A stretch of 63,126 bases of DNA, counting the filler, from Octopus bimaculoides (Eukaryota), in NCBI RefSeq assembly GCF_001194135.2. It is 12 parts of 12 records of this genome, joined end to end, with 100 filler letters (N's around TTAATTAATTAA, not from the genome) between each part and the next. Parts side by side here need not be neighbours in the genome. Positions count along the whole stretch, not along the records: positions 1 to 20,877 come from NC_068999.1; 11 more parts are not named here. The stretch is one strand, 5' to 3'. The stretch's first letter is position 1; each line of letters begins with the position of its first letter. The notes beneath the pieces are model-generated. The model did not search any database. It had not been told where the DNA came from and saw only the letters and a program-made list of their open reading frames with translations. Positions 1 to 11,973 of this stretch are shown here, in pieces. The translations under genes were made by a program, and so were the position numbers.

Positions 1-48
<48 letters not shown>
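1..48. repeat. (AT)n microsatellite; representative of dozens of (TA)n/(CA)n/(TATG)n/(TATC)n tracts, many flanking N gaps
   Basis: Direct reading of sequence. Confidence 0.97.
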
Positions 49-53
<5 letters not shown>

Positions 54-310
54 CAATTCAAACATGAATAAGCAAGAAAAAGCATGAAAAACAACAACAC
101 GAGGACATGGAATAAGTGTAGTGTTATACTAATGTATATGTACTTTTTGGTAGCTGCAATGGAGTAGTGGTGTAAATGAACTCTCACTAAGTTGTTTTAA
201 CACCAACGACATGAGAGTTTATATATTCTGCTACATAATTGCAGCCATTGGATAATACACAAAGCATATATATACATTAGTATATGTATTTAATAGTATT
301 CATTATACTA

Positions 311-505
311 GAGGCGCAGGAGTGGCTGTGTGGTAAGTAGCCAGGCACAGGTGTGGCTGTGTAGTAAGTGGCTTGCTTACCAACCACATGGTTCCTGGTT
401 CAGTCTCACTGCATGGCACCTGTGGCAAGTGTCTCCTACTATAGCCTCGCGCCAATAGAAGCCTTGTGAGTGGATTTGGTAGACAGAAACTGAAAGAAGC
501 CCATC

Positions 506-536
<31 letters not shown>

Positions 537-537
537 G

Positions 538-591
<54 letters not shown>

Positions 592-783
592 CATGTTTTT
601 GTGAGTGTGTTTGTCCCCCCAACATTGCTTGACAACCCCGATGCTAGTGTGCTTATGTTCTTGTAACCTAGTGGTTTGGCAAAAGGGGCCGATAGAATAA
701 ATACTAGGCTTACAAAGAAAAAGTCCTGGGGTTGATTTGCTCGACTAAAGGTGGTGCTCTAATGACTGAAATGAATAAAAGAA

Positions 784-785
<2 letters not shown>
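311..785 (+). mobile_element. Full-length composite tRNA-derived SINE (family 1): Pol III head, body, internal (TA)n/(TATG)n, second domain, short AT-rich tail
   Basis: A-box TGGCTGTGTGG (duplicated at about 322 and 350) and B-box-like GGTTCAGTCTC; the same sequence recurs about 10 times in the window on both strands. Confidence 0.85.
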
Positions 786-837
<52 letters not shown>

Positions 838-1077
838 NNNNNNNNNNNNNNNNNNNNNNNNNNNNNNNNNNNNNNNNNNNNNNNNNNNNNNNNNNNNNNN
901 NNNNNNNNNNNNNNNNNNNNNNNNNNNNNNNNNNNNNNNNNNNNNNNNNNNNNNNNNNNNNNNNNNNNNNNNNNNNNNNNNNNNNNNNNNNNNNNNNNNN
1001 NNNNNNNNNNNNNNNNNNNNNNNNNNNNNNNNNNNNNNNNNNNNNNNNNNNNNNNNNNNNNNNNNNNNNNNNNNNNN

Positions 1078-1124
<47 letters not shown>

Positions 1125-1419
1125 GACACTATATGGATTCAGGTGATCCAGTAGGGCTCATAAAAAAAGCTCCTCAATGAATCATTCTACAAACCTATAA
1201 AATATATCGTACGATACAAGAGAAAACAATGAGTGTATAAAGTTATAGGACGTTAAACGGTGATGATGATGTATAAGCAAATTCTAATATCACAACAATT
1301 TGTTTTGTAACTTAGAAACATTAGTTTGAAGGGTTTTTTTTCCATTTTGATTTAATGCAGGCTTGTAAGTAATTTATTTATAATTTGAAAATAATAATAA
1401 TGTAAGATTATCCAGAAGC

Positions 1420-1525
1420 CATGCGAAATCAGACTGGAAGCTGGTGCAGCTCTCTAGCTTGCCAGTTCCAGTCAAACCATTTAACCCATGGAAAGCAGAT
1501 GCTAAATGATGATGACGATGATGAT
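1420..1525 (+). mobile_element. Diverged 3' end of SINE family 3 with (GAT)n tail
   Basis: CCCATGGAAAGCAGATGCTAAATGATGATGAC resembles the family-3 tail GCATGGAAAGCGGACGTTAAACGATGATGAT. Confidence 0.55.
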
Positions 1526-1586
1526 TTATATATTTTTAAGTTATGAATAAAATTTCAAACTATTTGTCATTTATGACATGTGTGTG

Positions 1587-1626
<40 letters not shown>

Positions 1627-2149
1627 TACAAGTGTGTGTGTGTGCATAGTGTGCATGTATGTAATTTTCATTCTTTAATGCTCATATTGAGAGGTTAAAG
1701 TGTGATAAAAAGAGAGGAATGGGGGGTCTTGTTGCATAGAAGACACATGGCAAACTCAGCAGGAGAGAAAGGATGATAGAGAAGAGGTGTCAGCACATAG
1801 ACTTAAGGTCCAAGAAAGTGGCTAAAGAGAGAATAGAGACAGGGTATCAAGAAGGACTGGGTGGGTATGTTCACAAGAGTGACACACAGCTAGAGACGGG
1901 AAAAGAGATGAATGGCGAACATGGGTGGAGGTGTGGTCAATGGTGAATCTCAGTTTGGTGTGGGGGAGGGGGGTAAAGGAAAATAGGGATGGACCATACA
2001 TGAGGGATTACCTTGGATGTGTATTCTATTTGCATTTATTGGTGTCTGATTGTTGGATATAGTTAACCAAATTCATTTGAAAATGAGTGCTTCGTTGATA
2101 CCTGCCTTGATTTCACTACAATCCCCACCTCGACTCCCTACCTGCACCT

Positions 2150-2790
2150 TCTTGGCCACTTTTGCATGTCCCCCGTACCTTGAGGTCATGCCCTGGCAAT
2201 TGCCACCATTTACTCCCATCTATGCTCTGAACCCCATTCCTCGTGAGTATACCCTGACATTTCACCATCATCGCTCTCCTGCACTCTTGCTTACTCCCAC
2301 TTTCTTTCTCTCTGTCTTTCCCCTCGCTCTTCCCTCTGGCTGGGTAACCATGTATCTCCTCTACAGCAGCACACCTGTTTCTGTCCTCTTTCTTGTTTCT
2401 CCCCTCATTCTCTATCTCTCTATGTAACCATGTACATCCTCTGTAGCAAGACACCTGTTTCTGTCTCCCACACTAATCTTTCATCATCTGCCACACGATC
2501 ACCTCCTCTGACGCCCCCTCCCCTCTCAAAGGATCCTTGTCTTGCAAGTAACTTGGTGACCCTGTCAGTGCTGATGCCATGTAAAAAGCATCCAGTCCAC
2601 ACTGTGAAGTGGTTGGCATTTAGAAGGGCATCCAGCCTGTACTGGTGCCACGTAAAAAGGCACTCAGTCTACTCTACAGGCTGGTTGGTGTGAGGAAGGT
2701 CATCCAGCTGTAAAAACCACACAAAACAGACACAGTAGCCTTCTATCTGACTGGCTCCTGTCAAACTGTCCAATGGACATTAAATGATGA
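2150..2790 (+). mobile_element. Diverged long variant of SINE family 3; a related inverted copy lies at about 1700-1995 (-)
   Basis: Contains GTAAAAAGCA...GTGGTTGGCATTTAGAAGGGCATCCAGC twice, shared with 55160-55230; ends GGACATTAAATGATGA. Confidence 0.5.
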
Positions 2791-2842
2791 GGAGAAGGAA
2801 GATATATATCAATATATATATAGATATACATATATATATATA

Positions 2843-2944
2843 ATTAGACTGGAGCCTGGTGTTGCCATCCGGTTTCACCAGTCCTCAGTCAAATCGTCCA
2901 ACCCATGCTAGCATGGAAAGCGGACGTTAAACGATGATGATGAT
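2843..2944 (+). mobile_element. SINE family 3, 3' end with (GAT)n tail
   Basis: Near-identical to 55250-55340 and 58710-58810. Confidence 0.85.
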
Positions 2945-3112
2945 ATATATATATATATACACACACACACAAACACTACTCATGGGGATGTGGGCAAGGA
3001 GTAGAGAATATTAAAAAGAAAAAAAACAAACTAAACCTGACATATAATCTATATCCGTGTGTGTGTAGACAGACAGAGAGAGATACTTATATATGCGTGT
3101 GTGTGCGTGTAT

Positions 3113-3448
3113 ATCATCATCATCATCATCATCGTTTAATGTCCGCTTTCCATGCTAGCATGGGTTGGACGATTGACTGAGGACTGGTGAAACCAGATGG
3201 CAACACCAGGCTCCATTCTGATTTGGCAGAGTTTCTACAGCTGGATGCCCTTCCTAACGCCAACCACTCAGAGAGTGTAGTGGGTGCTTTTACGTGTCAC
3301 CCGCACGAAGGCCAGTCAGGCGGTACTGGCAAAGGCCACGCTCAAAATGGTGTATTTTATGTGCCACCCGCACAAGAGCTAGCCCAGGGGCACTGGCAAC
3401 GATCTCGCTCGAAAATCCTACGAAGGCCAGTCAGGCGATACTGGCAGA
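3113..3448 (-). mobile_element. SINE family 3 with internal ACGAAGGCCAGTCAGGC repeats and (GAT)n tail
   Basis: Reverse complement matches 55089-55340 and 58573-58810. Confidence 0.85.
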
Positions 3449-3593
3449 GGATAATTATGGTGATGATGATGATGGTGATGAGTTCCGGGTTCTTTTCTGT
3501 TCAGCATAATTTTTATCTGCTCCCAAGGTGACCGTGAAGAATTTCGTGACCACCCCATGGTACTTCAGCAGGTAGGCAAGGTGGATTGTCCAG

Positions 3594-3648
<55 letters not shown>

Positions 3649-4196
3649 TATACAAAGTATGGGGATTTAGTTCACAAGTGATCTAAAGGATTAAGTATGT
3701 TAGGTAAGTGCTGTAACGGATTACTAAGGCTCCAAGGTTGTAGCCAAGACGGTAGTTATGGAGCCGTAGCAGATTTCCGATATACCGGATATATAATTGT
3801 TAAAGAGGACAACAAACGTTAAGGCAAGGCAAACATTTCAAGTCATATATAATGCATATGCATGGCCACACCCTTTAGGCAGATATACATCGAAGAATAT
3901 ATATATATATATCTATATTCACACGCAGTTTGAGTTGATTATAGTCACGGATAATTTATCAGATGTTTAGTTAATCTTAAACACTCCATCAGAAAGTGAT
4001 CAGAATAACCAGCTTCCACTGTGTGTTTATGTGAGAGAGAGAGAGAGTACCTTAGGAAAAGGTACTAGGTAGCCAACAAGGAAGTGCTCTCCACCTTGCT
4101 AAGGATAAGCACCTAGTCTCGTCTATCCATCCACACCTCATACCTGACGTTTTACAAAATATGAGCAACAATACAAAAGGGTGGCTGTGTGGAATG

Positions 4197-4230
<34 letters not shown>

Positions 4231-4342
4231 TAGGGTAAAAAATCAGATATTAATTAATATCGATTTATTACCAGGAAGCTAGCACATTTAAAGAATCAGA
4301 GAGATTCAGAAAAAATATCTGAGATCTTAGGGGATTAAAGTA

Positions 4343-4462
4343 TATTTTCATATATAACGGTGACCACTAAAGTGGACATTTAGGTCTTAGTAGACACAAC
4401 ATGTGGTCTATTTCTAGCACATTAAATGTCCACTTTAGTGGTCATCGTTATATATAAAAATA
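4343..4462. repeat. Foldback: 40-bp inverted arms with 40-nt spacer
   Basis: 4343-4382 TATTTTCATATATAACGGTGACCACTAAAGTGGACATTTA versus the reverse complement of 4423-4462, 2 mismatches. Confidence 0.9.
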
Positions 4463-4497
<35 letters not shown>

Positions 4498-4680
4498 NNN
4501 NNNNNNNNNNNNNNNNNNNNNNNNNNNNNNNNNNNNNNNNNNNNNNNNNNNNNNNNNNNNNNNNNNNNNNNNNNNNNNNNNNNNNNNNNNNNNNNNNNNN
4601 NNNNNNNATATAATTATGTGTATTTCTTCTATCTTAATGAATGCAATTATAACATGCGTTTTCTCCAATCCTTAAATTCT

Positions 4681-4746
<66 letters not shown>

Positions 4747-5152
4747 CACATATATACACGTATATGTCTGTTCATATGCATGTGTGTGTGTAAAAGATGA
4801 GCTGGTCATGTCTTGACTGCTTTTAATCTCAGCAGAACTGCTAGATCAGGGTTATTGCCAAGAACTGCCCGCAGAACTCACCTTATTGATTACGACGATG
4901 ATGACAGCAATGACAATGGTGTTGATGATGATTGTGATTGTGATGATGATATTGATGGTGATGAGGATTTAAACGCTGAAAACTTCAAACAAATAAAAGA
5001 TGATTGAAAATAAGGATGATTACTGTGACTATTAATTTTCTTTGTTTTCCTTTCCCCTATTTTTGTTTTAAACAAAAGATTATTTTAAAACCAATATGCC
5101 TACTTTTATCTATATCTATCTATCCACTATATATATCTATGTCTATCTATCC

Positions 5153-5196
<44 letters not shown>

Positions 5197-5959
5197 GATG
5201 AAAGTGCAGTACACTGAACATTAGTGTGTAGTATGTCTGTATGTACGTGTGTGTGTGTGTGTGCGCGTGTGCAAATGCATAACACTCTCGGCCCTTGAGT
5301 CACTATTATTTCTACCAGTAATAATGATTTCTATTATTTGTCACCAGGGCAAAGGATGAGGGGGGCATTACAAAGACAGACATGAAGTATGGGGGGGGGT
5401 TACATATAATGGAAGGACAAAAAAAAAAAAGGAAGAATATACACAGTATACATTAAATGTATACATAGTATACGACATTAAGAAATTTCAAAAATAAATA
5501 AAGAAAAACTGTGACAGTAGTGGGGACAACCAAAGAACCCCACCACCCAAGATCAGCCTGAATACCAAGGATGAGAACCCTCTCCAACTCGTTTCCTCCA
5601 ACTCGCAGGACTACACTCAGAGCAGTACCATCCACTCTTGCTATTTTTGCAACTTTCACTCACCTTTTGATAAATTCACTCAAGAACAGCACCTCCCCCT
5701 CCACTCTCACTTTCCTTTCCAGGTGAAAGTGGGAAAAGTCGATGATGGCTTTACCGAAGAAGAATGTTTTTGTCCTCATTCCTTTCATTCTCACCCACAA
5801 GACAACCTCTTCCACCACAGCCATCAGGCAAAGGAAAACTGCCTTGCCTGCCTGATTAAAGGAGGGCAGCGGGGCAATCATCACTATGGGCTCCCACCAA
5901 CTTGTGGTATTTTGGCCCCTGCAACCGACTCATATTCCTTTACAATGGAGCTGACCATC

Positions 5960-6480
5960 TCCATTTCAGAGGCATTAGGCGTCGTCTGCATATACCCTCC
6001 ACAGTCCAATTTTAAGAAGGATGCCTCTTAACTGATCCAACTTCCACAGCATTGGCTCGAGAGCCAGCACATGTAGAAGTGGTGACAGTGGGCAGCTCCA
6101 ACGGACTGAACATGTGATACAAAACGGTTCCGATAGGTGGTAGTTTACTTTGACCACCAAGCAGGTGCTGCTATGTATTGCAGCAATCCAGTCTCTGAAA
6201 ACGGGACTGAAACCAGCTACTTTAAGGTTGACCCAATCGAAAGCTTTCAACTGATCTAAATTGATCAGGGCCCCATTGAGCCAGCGTTAGTCCCAGCCCT
6301 CTCTATGACATATCGCATAAGGTGGAGGCTGTTGTGGATAGACCTGCTCAGGATTGTGCAGATTTGTGCCTCCCCAGCCAGACTGCCGACAACAAGCACC
6401 AACCTTTTCACTAATACCTTGGCCAAGTTATGGGCCAAAAGTTCCCTAGCACATCTCCACTGTTGGCATCCTTTCTCAGC
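5960..6480 (-). pseudogene. Tx1 ORF2 reverse-transcriptase core, disabled
   Basis: GALINLDQ-KAFDW ... SCPLSPLL ... YADD in ORF 5975-6250 and flanks. Confidence 0.85.
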
Positions 6481-7099
6481 AGCATTACCACACCCTGGCT
6501 AACAGTACTAGGAATTTTTCCATTCTGCTGCCACTTACTATAGACATCTGCCAAACAAATCTGGCATTAATATATAGAATTTGTAGAGCAGACCATCGAA
6601 ATTGGGTGATTTGCGAATTGGGCAATTGCTATCACTTCCCATATTTCAGGAGCCGTAATCAGCTTTTTGCAGAATCATGTCAATTACCGAGAGCCGCAGT
6701 AGGCTGTCCAGATACAAAGTAAAGTCTCCTACCATTGTCAACTCATCACCCTCCCCAAACAGCTGCTGCAAAACTGCACACATCTACTCAGAACCAAGTA
6801 GCACATGCCTGTCCCGATCCAGCAAAGACTTGATTGTGGTTTTGTTTCCCTGTTGTGTCTCTATGGTTCAGGTCCATCATATGGCTTCAGTTCCTTCATG
6901 TTTTAGCGCATGGGCCTTAGCTCTGACTATGCAACCTTCATGTTCCACCTCAAAAAAAAAAAAGGTCAACGGCCATTTTGCTGCTAACACATCAGTTACG
7001 ATGCCTTTACTAATAGCCTCTTCTAGTTTGCTAACTAATTCTCCCTCTAATCTATTTCTTTCTATTGCTAAATCTTTGCTAAACGCTATCGATTCTACT

Positions 7100-7830
7100 C
7101 TACTCACTCTCTTCAGGTCGATCCACTACCACTTAACTAGTTCACTTATCAAGTCCCTGTAGTCTGTGTGCTAGTAAAGACACATTCAACTTCCAGTAAC
7201 TGGGTCCCTGTCTATGGGTCTTATCTAAATCAACTGTGCATATCACAAATTTGTGATCTGTGTAGCCGACCAATTTAAATTGTGGACAGCCTATACTATC
7301 CCTATCCTCTGACCTAACAAATACTCTATCTAAATACAATCTAGATGACCTGTTGTGGTTGCTCTATGTCCACACTGGCACATCAAGGAAATCCAGTTGG
7401 TACCTGTCAGGAAGTTGGAAAGTCCTGAGCAGGTTTTTTAAGGCTTTTACACCCCCATCTACTATGTACTAAACCCACAGTCCTTCTGTGTGTCCAAAAT
7501 ACTATTCCAGTCCCCCAATAATACTAAAGTGCAAGACCTTCCCAAGAATGTTCCAAGACGCCTGAAGAAATCTGGCCTTCCAGCCCCTGTTGGGGAATAA
7601 ACCGCCACAAGTCTAAAGGTACCACCTTTGCTGCCATTCATGTCCAGAATCACCACCCTACCATCTGGGTCCAAGAAGATAGCTCTACTTGGAGATCACC
7701 TGAGATTGTTGAGCAAGTGACCTTGCTTCCAAGCTGATCCCAGGTCATGCACATTCACACACCCAATTCCCAGCACAGCCATGCTAGTTGGAGAAAGGAA
7801 AACGAGGCTATTCACCTTGATTTTTGAGAA
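7100..7830 (-). pseudogene. Tx1 ORF2 APE-type endonuclease domain, frameshifted
   Basis: ORF fragments 7462-7674 and 7142-7339 carry the GDWN, RIDR-like and SDH-like motifs. Confidence 0.85.
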
Positions 7831-9746
7831 GCTTGGAAATTCCAGGCCTCTCCACTGGTGAAAATTTTTTAAAAGGCCCTTCCAAAAGCCTTTTATCAAC
7901 TGACGTTTTTTTTTTAATCCCGACACTACATGGGAATTTTTCTTGGATCGTTTTATAAATGTCTGACGACGTTTTAATTAAAAGTCTGTCTTTCGGAGTT
8001 TTGATGATGAAATCTTCAAATTCCTTTTCTTCTGTCTCTATTTTGTTTTTGCTTTGATTTACAAAATCCATCAATTCACTGTTGCACTTGTTCACAACAG
8101 TGAAATTGATGGATACATTTCATCTACAGTTGTTTCTGAAGGTCCATGATTGTTTGTTTCTGTGATTTCATGCTGTTGTTGATGATGATGCTGTTTTTAA
8201 AGTTGTTCTTGTCATTTTTGTTGGAGTGGTTGTGAATTGGGTTGCAGTTGTGGTTTTTGTGTACTTTTTTGCCAAGTTCTTGGAGTTGGGCTATGTAATC
8301 TCCTCCTCTTTCACCTACCCCCTTTTGTTACAGTAATCCATTGTTCGGTAAGCTCTTCTTTCTTCATGTCATTGCAATTGCGATGTTGGTTTGCGAGGCA
8401 GTGTTCAGGAGAAGCTTGCTTTACTGTCACAACCGGGATGGGGGGGGGGGGGTTTAGAAAGATACACCTTCTTTGTCTTGGTTTTGGTGCGGGTGTAGGA
8501 GTCTTTGAGCACATCTTCATGATTTTGTATTTGTGGTATTTGTAGTGTTGGCAGCAGTGGGAGTTTAGTTTTACTTGTTTCAGAGTACAAAGTCTTTAAG
8601 TGAGTTACAACAGATCCACATACGTGTCATCTTGGCTTTCAACTCTCCACTAGCAGGCACCATCAAGGAGATTGATTAGATCAGGTAGCTAGCTTACATT
8701 GTAAGGTCAGTTCCATACCTATACCTGACCAGTTCTGTTTAGGTATTTTCTTGACCTCCAAGATTGTCACATCGTCTTCTTCCAAACCCACCAAGACAGC
8801 CACCACTAATCAGGTGATAGATATTTCTGGTGACACGTTCAACACCCTAACCTTAGCAAAGTGTTGGTCGCAATAGCTGGGGATTAACAAGTTTTCATTC
8901 CTAAAAGTTGTCGCAGAATGACACCTGGCTTCCTAAATCTCATTAATAGTTCCAGACTTCTTTCCTCGGACGATGTGGGTCTTCTGTTCCCACATGTGCA
9001 CAAGGCATTTTTGTATTTGGCACTCAGAAGCATTTTCCATCCAGCGTGATTTAACTGCAATGCAGTGGTATGTGACTGTGTATCTTCTTAAGATATTCTT
9101 GATCATGTTGGAGGGAGGGTTAGGGCTATCCTTCTCTCATCCCTTTTAACAATTTTCCTGGTCATTTTCATACCTTCTTCATCTATGCAGAAATCTTCCA
9201 AATTTCTCGCAGCAACCGCAAAGGAAACCTCCACTGCAGCAGAGGCAGTTGTGGCAGCGGTGATATTTGCGTTTCTAACTTTCACTTCATTAGTGCTGTT
9301 GTTGTTGTCACCGCGGTTGTTGTTGTCGTCGCCATCACTGAATGTTTTGACGCTACTTAGAGACGAAACTATATTCGCCTCGGTGACGTCATTAAGTGTA
9401 GTCCATGCTACGTCTTTGTTCTGTCTTTTCTCCGACAAGGAACGCTCCCATTGTCGAACATTATGATGACTTCTTTATCAGCCATCTTTAGATAAATAAG
9501 GAAAATGGCAAAATATTTGCTTTATCGGTAGGCAGTTAAAATTTTAAAAATATTGATGTGCATACCCTGCAAAAACAGAGGGTGTTTCTAAACAAAAATA
9601 CTATCGGCGCAGTCCAGACAATGTCCGAAATACGATGCTAACAATAAAAATGAAAACACGGGGCCTTAAAAGGCCGAAAAGATTATAAGCACAACTTACG
9701 GATCTTCAAGTTACCGTGACTTCACAGTATGGCGACCATAATAATC

Positions 9747-9960
9747 CTTTCTACAATAGGCACAAAGCTGAAATATGGGGGACGGGGATAGTCGATTGCA
9801 TCGACCCAAGTACTCAACTGGTACTTAATTCATCGACCCCGAAGGAATGAAAGGCGGCGAAATCGTCCTAGGCGGAATTTGAACTCAGAACGTAAAGACG
9901 GACGAAATATCGCTAAGCATATCGCCCCGCAAGCTTACAATTCTGCCAGCTCGTCGCCTT
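9747..9960 (-). mobile_element. SINE family 2, full-length copy A of a tandem triplet
   Basis: Head AAGGCGACGAGCTGGCAGAATTG, B box GAGTTCAAATTCC, central GCCTTTCATTCCTTCGGGGTCGAT; flanked by (AAT)n on +. Confidence 0.88.
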
Positions 9961-9974
9961 AATAATAATAATAA

Positions 9975-10188
9975 TTTCTACTTATAGGCACAAGGCCTGA
10001 AAGTTTGGGGAAGTAGGAGAGTCGATTACATCGACACCAGTACACAACTGGTACTTAATTTATCGACTCCGAAAGGATGAAACGCAAAGTCGACCTCGGC
10101 AAAATTTGAACTCAGAACGTGAAGAAGGACGAAACACTGCTAAGCATTTTGCTCGACCTGCTTAACGATTCTGCCAGATCGCCGCCTT
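9975..10188 (-). mobile_element. SINE family 2, copy B
   Basis: Same structure as copy A; (AAT)n on both sides. Confidence 0.88.
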
Positions 10189-10212
10189 AATAATAATAAT
10201 AATAATAATAAT

Positions 10213-10408
10213 CCTTTCTGCAATAGGTTCAAGGCCTGAAATTTTGGGGGAGGGAAGCAATCGATAAGATCGACACCAGTACGCAACTGGTACTTAATTT
10301 ATCGACCTCGAAAGGAAGAAAGGCAAAGTCGACCTCGGCGGAATTTGAACTCAGAACATTAGATGAAATACCGTAAAGCATTTCGCCCGGCGTGCTAACG
10401 ATTCTGCC

Positions 10409-10410
<2 letters not shown>
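10213..10410 (-). mobile_element. SINE family 2, copy C (short deletion in head)
   Basis: Same structure; (AAT)n at 10189-10212 and 10411-10443. Confidence 0.88.
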
Positions 10411-10444
<34 letters not shown>

Positions 10445-10848
10445 TAAATCAATGTGTTAGAAAAAGAAGCGAAAGCAATATTTAAAGAAAGTTTTTAAAA
10501 AATTGAACTCTGCCAAACTGACCAATTTTCACAGATCGAGGAGCGGCGAGGTTAAGAAGAACTGTGTATATATGTGTATGTGTGCAACTATGAGAGAAAT
10601 TGAATGATATAACAGAAATTACTTGAGTAAGACATGCAATACATACTTTTTTTTTTACTAAAGAGAAATGGGTTTGTTCGTTTTTTACCTGTTTATTACT
10701 GGTGTACCATGGAAGTCCCTCTAACGAATATATACCGCATTCATTCGCAGCAATAGCGCCAGTCTGGGTTTCTTTTAAACATCTTCCCCAATCTTCCCAG
10801 CTCATAGTTCCAGTGTTTGTAATATAGATTGACAAGATAGATTTAGAT

Positions 10849-10900
10849 TATAAAAAAGACAGCAGTCACCGTACTAGTGCAGCTGACAGAGCCAAGCAAT
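10849..10900 (+). promoter_or_regulatory. Candidate TATA-box core promoter
   Basis: TATAAAAAAG at 10849 in unique sequence, followed by a CT-rich leader-like stretch; motif only. Confidence 0.25.
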
Positions 10901-11399
10901 GAATGCAGAACCCTTGCCTGTCAGAGGAGATTAAAGAGCTGTCCTCAAGTCGAGTAGACTCCTCTCACTCAAGCAACTCCTTCCACTCAACTCAACTCTT
11001 TCATCACTCTTTGTCCTCTTTAATTCGTCGTTTTTCGTTTTATTAGTAGTATTTTTTTTTTTCGTTTTGGTTTACAAAAATAAAAATTTCTACTGATTTT
11101 ATTTTCATATTTTAAGAATATTGTCAGTTAATTTTTGTCTCGTTGTTTTATTTTTCGAATTTACTACTTCGTACCTTCTCCTCCCACCTTTTCCAATATT
11201 CACACACACACATTACACATATAAAAACACAAACACGCACACATAATCATACATGCATATGTGTGTGTGCGTGTATGTGTGTGTTTGTATGTGTGTGTGT
11301 GTAGTGCAACACAGGGTAGCAACAGTAATTTCAACGCTATTATAATTACGCTCGTGTATTGAGTGCGTTTTCTTCTTGGCTGTACATACATACATACAT

Positions 11400-11468
<69 letters not shown>

Positions 11469-11900
11469 TACATAGACACGGCTACTTCAACGAAAGGGAG
11501 ATCTCCATAGATTCATAGAGTAAAACAAAACATTTCTTGTCAGTTCTGTAAAGAACAATGGCTAGTAGTTTCAATCCGGACAAGAATCCTCGCACATACA
11601 TTCAAACATATATTTGTGTGTGTGTGTGCGCGCGCGCGCGCTCCATGTCTTGTCTTCGTAATTTCTAAAATTTCTCTTTCTCTCTTTTAGTTTCCTTCTC
11701 CCTTGTATACTCTACCTTTATTTTCACTTTGAATCTATCATTTACTTACCACACAACACACAAACGCACGCGCATATACATACATATACCTAGAAGTTTT
11801 AAAGAAATGTATCTGAAGTAACATATATATATATATATATAATCTACTTGGTTTGGCTGCCCTCCCATTCTCCGCGTGTTTGAAAATTTACTCCTTCTTA

Positions 11901-11905
<5 letters not shown>

Positions 11906-11969
<64 letters not shown>
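11906..11969. repeat. (CT)n microsatellite
   Basis: Direct reading. Confidence 0.95.

Positions 11970-11973
<4 letters not shown>

Larger units (their letters stand above)
5318..9737 (-). mobile_element. L1/Tx1-clade LINE, near full extent but internally deleted and multiply disabled (5' UTR, ORF1, APE endonuclease, RT, C-terminus, 3' UTR)
   Basis: EN motifs LVLLGDWNSILD, YLDRVFVR and TDHKFV...GPSYWKLNVSLL; RT motifs KAFDW, CPLSPLLHVLALEP and YADD; C-terminal HFHLERKVRVEGEVL..F.KR; ends in ATTATTA. Confidence 0.85.

Noticed and set aside
3943-4001. CUGAUGG..stem..GAUA hammerhead-like string on the minus strand
   Set aside because: Two core changes, and stem I does not pair next to the core
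9410-9487. Minus-strand MADKEVIIMFDNGSVPCR resembles the actin N-terminus (DNGS)
   Set aside because: Similarity stops after 18 residues with no GFAGDDAP; it lies at the Tx1 ORF1 start, so it is probably chance
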